Assembly: GCA_045544635.1 (NCBI GenBank)
Contig: JAZPZJ010000093.1
Coordinates: forward strand, 2,632-66,631
Reading direction: 5' to 3'
DNA length: 64,000 bases
Origin: Oscillospiraceae bacterium
GTDB taxonomy: Bacteria; Bacillota; Clostridia; Oscillospirales; Ruminococcaceae
Positions within the stretch are counted from its first letter, which is position 1; the number at the start of each line of letters is the position of its first letter. Positions 1 to 10,152 of this stretch are shown here, in pieces. The position numbers and the translations under genes are program-made. The notes beneath the pieces were generated by a model. That model ran no database searches. It saw only the letters and a list, made by a program, of their open reading frames with translations, and was not told where the DNA came from.

Positions 1-916
1 CACGGCCTGCATTCGCATAGGAAGATGCGATGTCGCCCGGGCGTCTGTCCGCAATGCGGAAGTTGATCGGCTTGCCGCATGCCTTTTCATAGGCATGCAC
101 CATCTCCAGCACGCTTACACCCTGCCCCGTGCCGAGGTTGATCGGCATGAAGCCCGCATTGTCCTTTGCGTAATTGACCGCCAGCACATGACCCTTTGCC
201 AGATCCACCACATGGATGTAGTCACGCACGCCTGTGCCGTCGGGGGTATCGTAGTCATCACCGAAGACGGAGAGCTGCTGCAGCTTGCCCACTGCCACCT
301 GACCGATATAGGGCAGGAGGTTGTTCGGGATGCCGTTGGGGTCTTCACCGATCAGACCGCTTTTGTGTGCACCGATCGGGTTGAAGTAACGCAGTGCTAC
401 CACATGGAACTCCGGATCGGAAATGCACAGATCATGCAGGATCTGCTCGATCATGACCTTGGTATAGCCGTAGGGATTCGTTGCCGATGTGGGCATGTCC
501 TCCACATAGGGAACGGGATTGTGCATGCCATAAACAGTTGCAGAGGAGGAGAATACAATGGTCTTGCAGCCGAATTCACGCATCACCTGCAGCAGCACAA
601 AGGTGCCGCCGATGTTGTTTTCGTAGTATTCCAGCGGCTTTGCCACGGATTCTCCGACTGCCTTGAGACCTGCGAAATGTACCACAGCATCGATCTGCTG
701 TTCCTCGAAAATCTTTCTCACAGCCGCCACGTCACGCATATCCGCCTTGTAGAAATCCACGGTTTTCCCGGTGATCTGTTCGATCCGGCGGATGCTTTCC
801 TCCTTGGAGTTGGAGAGGTTGTCCATCACAACGATGGAAAAGCCAGCCTCCAGAAATTCCACACACGCATGGCTGCCGATAAAGCCGGCACCGCCCGTAA
901 TCAGAATCTTGCCCAT
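1..916 (-). CDS. galE: UDP-glucose 4-epimerase (partial; C-terminus beyond left window edge)
   Basis: Absent from the ORF track because there is no stop in the window. Hand translation from ATG 916..914 gives MGKILITGGAGFIGSHACVEFLEAGF..., later NPYGYTK (YxxxK), and stays open to position 1. Lies directly downstream of galK. Confidence 0.88.
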   Translation of the reverse strand, partial: MGKILITGGAGFIGSHACVEFLEAGFSIVVMDNLSNSKEESIRRIEQITGKTVDFYKADMRDVAAVRKIFEEQQIDAVVHFAGLKAVGESVAKPLEYYENNIGGTFVLLQVMREFGCKTIVFSSSATVYGMHNPVPYVEDMPTSATNPYGYTKVMIEQILHDLCISDPEFHVVALRYFNPIGAHKSGLIGEDPNGIPNNLLPYIGQVAVGKLQQLSVFGDDYDTPDGTGVRDYIHVVDLAKGHVLAVNYAKDNAGFMPINLGTGQGVSVLEMVHAYEKACGKPINFRIADRRPGDIASSYANAGR

Positions 917-944
917 TGTCATTTTCTCCTTTTATGGTTTTGTG

Positions 945-2231
945 TTATTCGCATACATGTACGCCGCCCACGCTGCGGATGCGCAGGACATGGCACCGTC
1001 CTTCACCAAGTACCTTTTCGGTTTCGCTGCGGAATGTTTCCAGCATGTCCAGCGGAACGAATGCCTGTACAGTTCCGGCAAATCCGCCGCCGTGTACACG
1101 CACCGCACCCCTGCCGCCAAGCAGCGCTTCACAAAGCGCAATGGTCAGTGCGACCTCCTGCTTTGCAGGCTCACGGTAGGTGCAGACGTTCTGCAGATAC
1201 ATGAACGAGGACTGTCCGGAAGCACGGACTTCTGCCAGAAATCTGTCAAAATCGCCGTTCCGGAGCGCATCTGCTTCCCGGGATACACGAGCGTCATCCC
1301 CGAAGAAATGCAGCGCACGCATCACCGCACGGTCGCCGCAGGTTTTCCGCAGCATCGGGAGATGTGCGAGTACCGCTGTTCTGTCCGTCCGGGAGAGCAC
1401 TGCCTTGCCGAGTGCTGCCGCAACTGCCCGCATTTCTGCCGGGATGGCAGCATAGTCGTCCGTCAGGTCAGCATGATCCGCACCGCTGTCGAGGATGCAC
1501 AGCGCATAGCCCTGTGCGGTGAGATCAACGTTTGTCCGTGTGATGACGGGATCCTCCGTTTTGAAATCAATGGCGATAATGCCGCCGATGGAACATGCCA
1601 TCTGATCCATCAGACCGCAGGGCTTGCCGAAGAAGACGTTCTCCGCATACTGCCCGATCTGTGCGATCTGTACAGCGTCCACGCTGCCCTCTGCAAAGAA
1701 TGTATTACAGATGTTGCCTACGAGTACCTCAAAGGCGGCGGAGGACGAAAGTCCCGAGCCACGCAGCACATTGGAGGTGGTATAGGCGTCAAAGCCCGTG
1801 ACGGGATGTCCCAGATCCGAGAATTTTGCCGCAATGCCCCGCAGCAGGGCAGCAGAGGTATTCACCTCGGACGGCTGGGGCGAGAACGCAGAAAGCGTCA
1901 CGCTTTCCATGTCGAAGCCCTCGGATTTCAGACGGATGGTGCCGTTCTGGTTCCTTGCCGCCACAGCGATGATGTCCAGATTCACACTGCCGGCAAGCAC
2001 ATGACCGCCCTGGTGGTCGGTATGGTTGCCGCCCAGCTCCGTTCTGCCCGGAGCGGAAAACAGTGCGATCTCCCGTGCATCGCCGAACTGCGCACGGAAT
2101 GCCGCAATGGCATCCAGGTAACGCTGCCGGTAGGGCGCAAGCGCCTCGCCCGTGCAGTCGTACATGTCGGAAAGACAGCGGTCATAAGCGCCGCTTTCCA
2201 ACTGCTGAATGGTTTGTTCAATTGTTGTCAT
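945..2231 (-). CDS. galK: galactokinase (GHMP kinase)
   Basis: 428-aa ORF with GRTELGGNHTDHQGG and GSGLSSSAA GHMP motifs; adjacent to galE. Confidence 0.9.
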   Translation of the reverse strand: MTTIEQTIQQLESGAYDRCLSDMYDCTGEALAPYRQRYLDAIAAFRAQFGDAREIALFSAPGRTELGGNHTDHQGGHVLAGSVNLDIIAVAARNQNGTIRLKSEGFDMESVTLSAFSPQPSEVNTSAALLRGIAAKFSDLGHPVTGFDAYTTSNVLRGSGLSSSAAFEVLVGNICNTFFAEGSVDAVQIAQIGQYAENVFFGKPCGLMDQMACSIGGIIAIDFKTEDPVITRTNVDLTAQGYALCILDSGADHADLTDDYAAIPAEMRAVAAALGKAVLSRTDRTAVLAHLPMLRKTCGDRAVMRALHFFGDDARVSREADALRNGDFDRFLAEVRASGQSSFMYLQNVCTYREPAKQEVALTIALCEALLGGRGAVRVHGGGFAGTVQAFVPLDMLETFRSETEKVLGEGRCHVLRIRSVGGVHVCE

Positions 2232-2355
2232 TTGAAAACTCCTGCAATGGTAGTATTGAGCGCAGAAAAAAGCCGCTCATTATTAGTATATAATAATCAG
2301 CGGCATTTTGCAAGCATTTTTTCACAGTTTTTTTAAAAATCAGGAAATGGGGCAT

Positions 2356-3555
2356 TTATTTTCCCATTTCTTCCAGGATCTTTCCGAAGATCCTGTCCGC
2401 TGCGTCCTCCTTGGACATGCAGGGAAGCTCCTCGCTGCCCTCTCTGGTGATGAGGGTGAGGATGTTGGTGTCCGTGCCGAAGCCGGCACCTTCCTGTCGG
2501 AGAGAATTGGCACAGATCATGTCGGCATTTTTTTTGAACAGTTTTTTTTGCGAATTTTCGAGCATGTTTTCCGTTTCCATTGAGAATCCGCACAGGAATT
2601 GTTTTTCCTTTTTCTGCTGTCCCAGATATGCCAGAATATCCTGCGTTCTTGTCAGGGGAATGGACAGATCACTGTCGGATTTCTTCATCTTTTCCGTTGC
2701 GACCGCAGCCGGACGGTAATCTGCGACCGCTGCCGCCATGACGATGATATCCTGCGCATCGGAAACACTTGTGACTGCATCGAACATCTCCGCTGCACTC
2801 TCGATCTGCACGACCTCTACAAAGGGCGGCGGCGCAAGGGCGGTCTTTCCGGTGACAAGTGTGACCTGTGCACCACGGAGCATTGCCATTTTTGCCAGTG
2901 CGTAGCCCATTTTTCCGGTGGATCGATTCGTGATATACCGCACGGGATCCATGCGTTCGCAGGTCGGACCTGCCGTGATCAGCACACGCTTACCTTCCAT
3001 GGTTTTTTCGCAGGCGATCGCCCGTTCAATATAGGAAAGCAGCACTGCCTCGGAGGGCATTTTGCCGTCCCCGATATCGCCGCAGGCAAGATAGCCGCAG
3101 TCGGGCGGAATCACCGTAAAGCCGTAGCCTGCGAGCGTTTTCAGATTATCCTGCACGATGGGATTGCGGTACATGTTCGTGTTCATGGCGGGCGCTATGA
3201 TCTTCGGGCAGGGGCATGCCAGCAGTGTTGTGGTGAGCATATCATCCGCAATGCCGTGTGCTGCCTTGGCGATGACGTTCGCCGTTGCCGGTGCAACCAG
3301 CACCACATCCGCACGCTTGGCAATTGCCACATGTTCCACGCTGTACTGGAAATTGCGGTCAAATGTGTCGATCAGGCACTTGTTGCCCGTGAGTGTTTCA
3401 AAGGTGATGGGGTTGATGAATTGTGTGGCGTTCTCGGTCATGGTGACGACCACATCCGCCCCTGTTTTTTTCAGAGTACTGGCAAGTCCGGCGATCTTGT
3501 ATGCAGCAATGCCGCCCGTCACTGCCAGAACCACGCATTTTCCTGTAAGATTCAT
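2356..3555 (-). CDS. coaBC: bifunctional phosphopantothenoylcysteine decarboxylase / phosphopantothenate-cysteine ligase
   Basis: 399-aa ORF. The N-terminal flavoprotein start is VVLAVTGGIAAYK. Length and context (downstream of coaX) fit CoaBC. Confidence 0.92.
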   Translation of the reverse strand: MNLTGKCVVLAVTGGIAAYKIAGLASTLKKTGADVVVTMTENATQFINPITFETLTGNKCLIDTFDRNFQYSVEHVAIAKRADVVLVAPATANVIAKAAHGIADDMLTTTLLACPCPKIIAPAMNTNMYRNPIVQDNLKTLAGYGFTVIPPDCGYLACGDIGDGKMPSEAVLLSYIERAIACEKTMEGKRVLITAGPTCERMDPVRYITNRSTGKMGYALAKMAMLRGAQVTLVTGKTALAPPPFVEVVQIESAAEMFDAVTSVSDAQDIIVMAAAVADYRPAAVATEKMKKSDSDLSIPLTRTQDILAYLGQQKKEKQFLCGFSMETENMLENSQKKLFKKNADMICANSLRQEGAGFGTDTNILTLITREGSEELPCMSKEDAADRIFGKILEEMGK

Positions 3556-3558
3556 GGA

Positions 3559-4329
3559 TTAAGCCCTCCTGTTTCGTTCGTAAATCAGCCGCAGGCCCTG
3601 CAGCAGCAGCTCATCGTTCAGCAGAATATCATGACTGCAGTGCGGTACCACCGCATGTGCAAGTCCTCCCGTTGCCGCAACAGCGGTCTCGTAGCCCAGT
3701 TCCTCCCAGATCCGGTCGATCATGCCGTCAAGCGTCGCCGCACTCCCGTAGAGTACGCCGCTCTTCATGCAGTCCACCGTGTTCTTCCCAATGACCCGGT
3801 CAGGGACATTCAGTCCGATCTTAGGGAGCTGTGCGGTGCCGGAAACGAGGGAATCCAGCGAAATTCTTGCACCGGGCAGAATGATGGTCCCCACATAGGC
3901 GCCGTCCTTTGCGACCACGGAAAGTGTGGTGGCGGTGCCCATATCAATGACGATGACGGGTGCGCCGTAGGCATCCACCGCTGCGACCGCATCCACGATC
4001 AGGTCGCTGCCGACAGAAGCCGGATGATCCATGCGCAGTTCCAGCCCGGTTTCGATCTCTGTACCGACGACCATCACAGAAATATCCGAAAGCTTTGCGA
4101 TCGCCTTTTTCAGAATCGGTACCAGCGGCGGAACCACGGAGGAGATGATCGCACCTTCGAGCTGCTGCGGGGTGATGGCATAAAGCTCCAGCACAGTCCT
4201 GATTCCGATGGCATATTCCAGTTCCGTCTTGCGCAGGTCGGTTTCCATCCGCTCAGTAAACAGCACCTTTGTCCCTTCAATGCAGCCGAGTACAATGTTG
4301 GTGTTTCCCATATCAATTGCAAGGATCAT
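3559..4329 (-). CDS. coaX: type III pantothenate kinase, copy 1
   Basis: Internal ATG at 4329..4327 gives MILAIDMGNTNIVLG..., VGSDLIV and IDMGTATT. The 52-codon upstream extension in the ORF track overlaps the neighbouring gene and is discarded. Confidence 0.88.
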   Translation of the reverse strand: MILAIDMGNTNIVLGCIEGTKVLFTERMETDLRKTELEYAIGIRTVLELYAITPQQLEGAIISSVVPPLVPILKKAIAKLSDISVMVVGTEIETGLELRMDHPASVGSDLIVDAVAAVDAYGAPVIVIDMGTATTLSVVAKDGAYVGTIILPGARISLDSLVSGTAQLPKIGLNVPDRVIGKNTVDCMKSGVLYGSAATLDGMIDRIWEELGYETAVAATGGLAHAVVPHCSHDILLNDELLLQGLRLIYERNRRA

Positions 4330-4330
4330 A

Positions 4331-5119
4331 TCAGTTCGCCTCCGTTTCGCAGGGACGGTTCTTTTCGTACAGGATCCGCAGTCCCTTGAGCGGCAGTGCG
4401 CCGTCCGCAATGATGGTGCGGCGGCAGCAGGGAAGAATGGCGTCCGCCATATCTCCGGTGGCAACCACAGCGGTTTCGTAGCCAAGCTCCTTCTGCATGC
4501 GGTCGATCATGCCGTCAATGGCGGCGGCATTTCCGAACAGGACGCCGCTGCGCATGGAATCCACAGTGTTTGTCCCGAGGACGTGGGAAGGCTTTGTCAG
4601 GCTGATATTCGGGAGCTGCGCCGTTCCGGAAACCAGGGAATTCAGGGAAACCTGCACGCCGGGCAGAATGGCGCCGCCGATATAGCAGCCATTCCGGTCG
4701 ATTACGGAAAGCGTGGTCGCAGTACCAAGGTCGATCACGATCACAGGTGCACCGTACACGGCAACTGCCGCAGCTGACTCTACGATCAGGTCGCTGCCGA
4801 CCTGTTCGGGATGGTCAAGAAGCACGGGCATACCGGTTTCGATGGTATTATCCACGGTCAGGATATTGACCTCCGGTGCGATTTTTGCTACCGCTTCACG
4901 CAATACATGCAGAAGCGGCGGCACAACGGAAGAAATCACTGCCCCCTCCAGCTGCTGCGGCGTAGTAGCGTGCAGCTCAAGCACCGCCTTCAGGACAATG
5001 GCATATTCCAGCTCAGTTTTGCGCAGATCCGTGGAAACGCGTTCCGTAAATACGATCTGCTTGCGGTCAAAGCAACCCACGACAAGATGGGAGTTTCCGA
5101 TATCAATGGCGAGAATCAT
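4331..5119 (-). CDS. coaX: type III pantothenate kinase, copy 2 (diverged paralogue)
   Basis: 262-aa ORF MILAIDIGNSHLVVG..., VGSDLIV, IDLGTATT. Its stop is 1 nt from the start of copy 1. Confidence 0.88.
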   Translation of the reverse strand: MILAIDIGNSHLVVGCFDRKQIVFTERVSTDLRKTELEYAIVLKAVLELHATTPQQLEGAVISSVVPPLLHVLREAVAKIAPEVNILTVDNTIETGMPVLLDHPEQVGSDLIVESAAAVAVYGAPVIVIDLGTATTLSVIDRNGCYIGGAILPGVQVSLNSLVSGTAQLPNISLTKPSHVLGTNTVDSMRSGVLFGNAAAIDGMIDRMQKELGYETAVVATGDMADAILPCCRRTIIADGALPLKGLRILYEKNRPCETEAN

Positions 5120-5182
5120 AAGGCAGCTTCCTTTCCTCTGGATGGAAGGGGCTTCCGCCCTACGGCAAAAGCCCCTGTGAGA

Positions 5183-5836
5183 TTATGCGTTTCTTTCAGT
5201 GTAGAGCGGCTTGATCTTCCGCAGAATCGGGCATACAGCCGCCGTGATCAGGCAGGCTACGATTGCCTCCGGAACGCCGTTCATGCCAATGATGGTGAGA
5301 ATGGCGCCGTACAGTGCGTCAAAGTTTCTGCCCGTTGCTTCCGCATAGGATTCGCCGTACAGCAGGTAGATGCCATGCATTACAAAGATGGTATTGGCAA
5401 GGGAACCGGCAAGTCCGCCCAGCAGATAGGCAGGTGCTTTTTTCTGCTTGAAGAGCTTGTAGAACAGAGCGAACACATAGTATGCTGCCACACCGATCAG
5501 GATTCTTGGGAGAAAGCAGATGCACAGGCTCTTGATCGCTGCGAAAAATGCGTTGTCCTCCAGCCCTGCAGAGAGGAACGGAGAGAAAACGAAAGAAGTC
5601 GCACTCGGACGGAAGGTGTTGTTCAGCAGACTTGTCATGCCGAACATTGCCCCTAGAAATGCGCCTTTTTTCGGCCCGAGAAAAATGGCGCCGATGATAA
5701 CGGGAATGTGGATCGTGGTTGCATTAATGACGCCAAGCGGAATGTAGCCCAGATAGGGGACGAATGCCAGCAAAAAGATAATTGCCGTAAACATGGCGGT
5801 TAATACAAAATCCTTGGTTCTTTCTGTTGTGTTCAT
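5183..5836 (-). CDS. ECF transporter S component, probably pantothenate-specific (PanT-like) by context
   Basis: 217-aa polytopic membrane ORF with the typical ECF-S N-terminus (KDFVLTAMFTAIIFLLAFVPYLGYIPLG). It is the first gene of the coaX-coaX-coaBC strand. Confidence 0.65.
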   Translation of the reverse strand: MNTTERTKDFVLTAMFTAIIFLLAFVPYLGYIPLGVINATTIHIPVIIGAIFLGPKKGAFLGAMFGMTSLLNNTFRPSATSFVFSPFLSAGLEDNAFFAAIKSLCICFLPRILIGVAAYYVFALFYKLFKQKKAPAYLLGGLAGSLANTIFVMHGIYLLYGESYAEATGRNFDALYGAILTIIGMNGVPEAIVACLITAAVCPILRKIKPLYTERNA

Positions 5837-6358
5837 GAAATCATCTCCTTATTATTTTGCAAAACATGCGGTTACTTGTTAGTGCGCTGAAACAGTAAAA
5901 CGTTACAAGAGTGAAATAAGTATCGGAAAAAAAGAGAAGGCGCACCACTCCTGTTTCTATTATAGCATGGATTTCCATGCTTGTCCAGCATTTTTTGGAA
6001 AAACCCGCCGCAGGTTCATCCGTGCGCATATTTATATTATAAATAGGTATCAGATCAGGAAATACATATGGGATATGAAAAAGCTGTTTCCTGCCTGTGA
6101 ACAGAAGCGCTGATCTTATGTTTCCTGCGGATGAATATAAAAAAGCACAATCATGTTTGAAATGTGATTTGTTATTTGTCTAACATGTACAAAGAAAATG
6201 GACGGTTTTTGTCAATGGAAGTTAAAAAAATTAACTAATATAATGATTATTGCCAATTTCGGAAATATTTTTTTGGAAAATAATACTTCTTGTATAACAA
6301 TTATGAACATTTAGTGATTATTTCTAAAAAAAAGCATGGGATTTATGTAAAAATACAG

Positions 6359-6387
6359 TTGCAATTTCAAAACGCAGATGGTATAAT
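6359..6387 (+). promoter_or_regulatory. sigma-A type promoter for the pil operon (TTGCAA-17 nt-TATAAT)
   Basis: Hexamers read at 6359-6364 and 6382-6387 with a 17-nt spacer, about 70 nt upstream of the pilC ATG. Lies inside a ~600-bp AT-rich intergenic region. Confidence 0.5.
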
Positions 6388-6455
6388 TATGATACTGGAG
6401 TATTATGCTGTAATATACTCACTAATCAAACACAAAAATCATTGGAGGTGGTCGA

Positions 6456-7652
6456 ATGAAGAGTTTTTCCTACGTTGCGAAAACTGCCGCTGATAAGCAA
6501 GTGAAGGGCACGATCAACGCAGAAGATGAGAGGGAATTCAGTGCTAAGCTCAGAGAAAAGGGACTGATCCTGATCAGCTTCGAGGAAAAAGAAGTCGGCG
6601 CAAAGAAAACTGTGAAGAAGTTCAAGACCAAGGAGCTGGCATTTAACTGCCGTCAGCTTGCAGCGATGCTGACATCCGGTCTGACGCTGGTAAAGGCACT
6701 TGATATTCTGAGCAAGGAGCAGCCAAATGATGCTTCCAAGGCAATTTGGCAGAGTGTGTACGAGAATGTACAGAAGGGTGAATCGTTCTCCGCTTCACTG
6801 GAAATGTACAAGGGCGTATTCCCGGACTTCCTGATTTCCATGGTTGCGGCAGGTGAGTCGAGTGGTTCTCTGGACGTTATCATGCAGAGAATGTCCGACC
6901 ATTACGCAAAGGAAAACAAGATGAACAATACCATCAAGGGTGCGATGACTTACCCGATTGTACTGATGGTGCTTTGTATCGCCATTGTCATCGGTATGTT
7001 CACCTTCATTATGCCGACGTTTGCTGGTCTGTTCGAGAGTCCGGATGCGATGCCGGCACTGACCAGAGTCATGATGGGCTTCAGTGACTCGCTGGTAAAT
7101 TACTGGTTTATTTACATAGCTGTCATTGTTGCGCTGGTATTCGGTGCGATCTACATGCTGAAGATCCCGTCTACCAGACTCAAGTGGGATAAGTTCATTA
7201 TCAAGGGACCGGGCTTCGGACCTCTGGTTGTGAAGATCTACACTGCACGTTTTTCAAGAACCCTGGCGTCTTTGTACTCCAGTGGTATCCCGATGGTAGA
7301 GTGTCTGCAGAGATCCTCCTCCATCCTCGGCAACCGTTATATCGACCAGTGCTTCGAGAACGTTGTCGATGAGGTAAAGCAGGGTGAAACACTGTCTGCC
7401 TCCATTCAGAGAACGGAGATCTTTGACTCCATGTTCTGCTCCATCATTTTCGTCGGTGAAGAAGCCGGTGCGCTGGATACCATCCTGCAGAAGACTTCTG
7501 ACTACTATGACGAAGAAGCAGACTCCGCTGTTGGCCGTCTGGTCGGCATGCTTGAACCGCTCATGATCATCATCATGGGTATTGCAGTAGGTCTGGTTGT
7601 TGCATCCGTACTTCCTGCACTGTATGGCTCCTTCGACGCTGTCGCAGGTTAA
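6456..7652 (+). CDS. pilC: type IV pilus platform protein (GspF/PilC family)
   Basis: 398 aa with a duplicated T2SS-F architecture and three hydrophobic segments. GGAGGTGG RBS upstream. Confidence 0.9.
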   Translation: MKSFSYVAKTAADKQVKGTINAEDEREFSAKLREKGLILISFEEKEVGAKKTVKKFKTKELAFNCRQLAAMLTSGLTLVKALDILSKEQPNDASKAIWQSVYENVQKGESFSASLEMYKGVFPDFLISMVAAGESSGSLDVIMQRMSDHYAKENKMNNTIKGAMTYPIVLMVLCIAIVIGMFTFIMPTFAGLFESPDAMPALTRVMMGFSDSLVNYWFIYIAVIVALVFGAIYMLKIPSTRLKWDKFIIKGPGFGPLVVKIYTARFSRTLASLYSSGIPMVECLQRSSSILGNRYIDQCFENVVDEVKQGETLSASIQRTEIFDSMFCSIIFVGEEAGALDTILQKTSDYYDEEADSAVGRLVGMLEPLMIIIMGIAVGLVVASVLPALYGSFDAVAG

Positions 7653-7680
7653 ACTTAACAAACGAGAGGTGGAAAAATAA

Positions 7681-9297
7681 ATGCTTTCATTTGATATTAC
7701 CGACAGAAATATACGAATCATTAAGGGTACCGAGAGCAACGGCAAGATCAAGATCAGCGCTGCTGCAACCCTTGACCTGGAAGAGGCAGTAATCGTCAAC
7801 GGTCATGTCAACGACATCAACCGTGTGGCAATGATGATCAATCAGGTGCTCAAGCAGAATAACATGCCTGACAAGGAGGCGATCGTAAGTATCTCCTCCA
7901 ACCAGACCGTGTTCAAGGAACTGCTCATCCCGCCGAATGCGAAGGAAAGCGAGTTCATGAAGAGCGTTCGTCACGAGCTGCAGATGCAGATCAATGTTGA
8001 CGATTCCTATTCCGTAGGTTACCTGGTTGTGGGTGATCCGGAAGAGAGCGAGAACGGTGAGAGACTCCAGAAGATCCTCGCAACCGCTTGCCCGTATGAT
8101 GTAGTAGATTGCTACAAGCGTATCTTCCATATGCTTGGTATCAGCCTGAAGTCCGTTATGATCGGATGTAATGCGATCACAAAGGTACTGCTCGCCGATG
8201 TTAAGGTGAAGAACCTCATGCCTCTGCTGGCAGTGCAGATCGACAGCAACTTCATCAGCTTGAACCTGTATGAGAACAATCAGCTGTCCTTCTCCCGTTT
8301 TGCTTCCATCGATCCTGAGGACTATGACGATCCCGATGACTATGTATTCGAGGCAGTGAACGAGAACATCTTCCGTATGCTGCAGTTTGCAAGAAGCCGT
8401 GGCTCCGATGTGATCGAAAACGTTGTATTCTACGGTGACATTACCGTTTCCCCGAACCTCTACAACCGTCTGGTTGATGAAATGTCCAACAATGACATCA
8501 ATGTCAGCCAGCTTAACGTACCGCCGCAGATCCATGGTTATCAGAACCTTGAGTTCTCTGTATATGCCAATGCAGTGGGTGCGATGTTCAAGCGTAACAA
8601 GGTAACTGAGCACATCAACCTGCTCGAGACCGAGGGCAATAGTGCTGTCAAGGCAAAGGGCGGCGACCAGAAGGGCGTTGGTCTGATGGCTGTTGCAGCT
8701 GTTGCAAGCCTGCTGATCGTTGGCGGTGTATGGGGCTTCATGGCAATCATGGACAGCAACGTAGTCAAGGAGACTGAGAAGTTGCAGGCAGATATCGACA
8801 GCCCTGAAACCGCTGCAAAACTCCAGCAGTATGACGATCTGCAGGTACTGCAGGATAAGGTGCGTGATTATGCGACAAAGCTGAACAACGCAACCGAGGC
8901 ATTCAAGTCCCAGCCCATCATTACCCGTGACTGCTACAACGCAGTGGATGATGCACTCCTGACAGTAATGCAGAATAATGATGCAACTGCAGAAGAAGCT
9001 CTTGTACTCGCTGTTGAATATGCAGAAGGCGTTGTTTCCTTCCCGGTTCAGATCGAGTCCACGGATGAATTCTCTCAGAAGTATCCGGCAGAGGTTGTGA
9101 AGTATCTGTATGATACCTACGGCGATATGTTCGCAGGGGTTCAATATGAAGGCTACAATGTTACCAAGATCGTGGATCCGCTCAACCCGCTCGAGGAGAT
9201 CAATCAGATCAATTTTGAGCTCGTGATTACGATGTACGGCGACGAAGCACCGAGTCTGACAACAGATGATGAAGCAACTGATGAAACAGCAGAATAA
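7681..9297 (+). CDS. pilM: PilM-like actin-fold assembly ATPase fused to a PilN-like membrane/periplasmic segment
   Basis: 538 aa. The N-terminal ~330 aa are PilM-like (LSFDITDRNIRIIKG...). A single TM (GVGLMAVAAVASLLIVGGVWGFMAIM, about nt 8680-8750) is followed by ~180 aa in the position usually occupied by PilN. Confidence 0.7.
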   Translation: MLSFDITDRNIRIIKGTESNGKIKISAAATLDLEEAVIVNGHVNDINRVAMMINQVLKQNNMPDKEAIVSISSNQTVFKELLIPPNAKESEFMKSVRHELQMQINVDDSYSVGYLVVGDPEESENGERLQKILATACPYDVVDCYKRIFHMLGISLKSVMIGCNAITKVLLADVKVKNLMPLLAVQIDSNFISLNLYENNQLSFSRFASIDPEDYDDPDDYVFEAVNENIFRMLQFARSRGSDVIENVVFYGDITVSPNLYNRLVDEMSNNDINVSQLNVPPQIHGYQNLEFSVYANAVGAMFKRNKVTEHINLLETEGNSAVKAKGGDQKGVGLMAVAAVASLLIVGGVWGFMAIMDSNVVKETEKLQADIDSPETAAKLQQYDDLQVLQDKVRDYATKLNNATEAFKSQPIITRDCYNAVDDALLTVMQNNDATAEEALVLAVEYAEGVVSFPVQIESTDEFSQKYPAEVVKYLYDTYGDMFAGVQYEGYNVTKIVDPLNPLEEINQINFELVITMYGDEAPSLTTDDEATDETAE

Positions 9298-9313
9298 AGG
9301 AGCGTGATGAAAG

Positions 9314-10102
9314 ATGAAAATGGAAATGAGCTATAGAGATAAAATGATCGCGCTGGGTCTGCTGATCGTCATTATTCTGGCAGCAGGTTTCTTTGCGCTG
9401 ATCAAGCCTACTTATGAAAAATGGCAGAAACATAAGGAAACTTACCAGACCACAAAGGAAGAATGGGATGGCATCGACATGAAGCTTCAGGCTATTGAAC
9501 CCCTGAAGAAGACCATCACCAGAGATTATGAGGATGCTGAAAAGAAGGCAGATGTTTTCATTAACACTGCATTTGCAACTGCAAATGAAACCTTTACCAA
9601 TGAAAAGACCAGCTATGAGATGGACCAGTACCTGCAGGCTGCAATCGATGAGTGCAAGCTTGAAGTGACTGCAATGGACATCCCGGCAGTGACTGCTGAG
9701 ACAATGGAGTATTACTTCTATACTCCCGATGTACTGACCTACTCCCTGCTCGAAGCTGCTGACGTGAACCAGGATTATGCAAAGATGGTTGCACTGAAGA
9801 TGGCTGAAAGCATTATTCTCCCTGAGCGTGAGGCTGTTCAGCTGATGACTGAGTCCATCACACTGACTGTGGATGGTACCAAGGAAAATCTGATGCTGTT
9901 CCTGGATAAGATCAACGAAGACAATAATGCAGTCCTGGTCAACAGCGTAAGCATTGACGATTATCAGTTCCTCGGCGGACTGGAGATCGGACCTGACGGT
10001 GAACCGATCATCACTCCCGGTGCAGAGGGCACTTCCCCGATTACTCTGGAGATCAGCTTCTACAATGCAAAGGAGATCGACAAACCGAACCTTGGCGATT
10101 AA
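9314..10102 (+). CDS. PilO-like pilus assembly protein
   Basis: 262 aa with an N-terminal TM (MIALGLLIVIILAAGFFALI) followed by a coiled segment. Position after pilM/N matches PilO. Confidence 0.5.
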   Translation: MKMEMSYRDKMIALGLLIVIILAAGFFALIKPTYEKWQKHKETYQTTKEEWDGIDMKLQAIEPLKKTITRDYEDAEKKADVFINTAFATANETFTNEKTSYEMDQYLQAAIDECKLEVTAMDIPAVTAETMEYYFYTPDVLTYSLLEAADVNQDYAKMVALKMAESIILPEREAVQLMTESITLTVDGTKENLMLFLDKINEDNNAVLVNSVSIDDYQFLGGLEIGPDGEPIITPGAEGTSPITLEISFYNAKEIDKPNLGD

Positions 10103-10152
10103 TGAATGAAGGAAGTGACATTTGACACAACTTCATCAGAAAGGTGGTTAGG

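Noticed and set aside
95-1204. 369-aa plus-strand ORF, together with similar long ORFs at 771-2336 and 2599-4389.
   Set aside because: These are mirror-frame shadows of galE, galK, coaBC and coaX. Their translations are His/Arg/Cys/Gly-rich with no recognisable motifs, whereas the opposite strand gives textbook enzymes.
6290-6493. 67-aa ORF in the AT-rich pil leader.
   Set aside because: It has no RBS, a composition typical of AT-rich non-coding DNA, and it overlaps the pilC start and its promoter.
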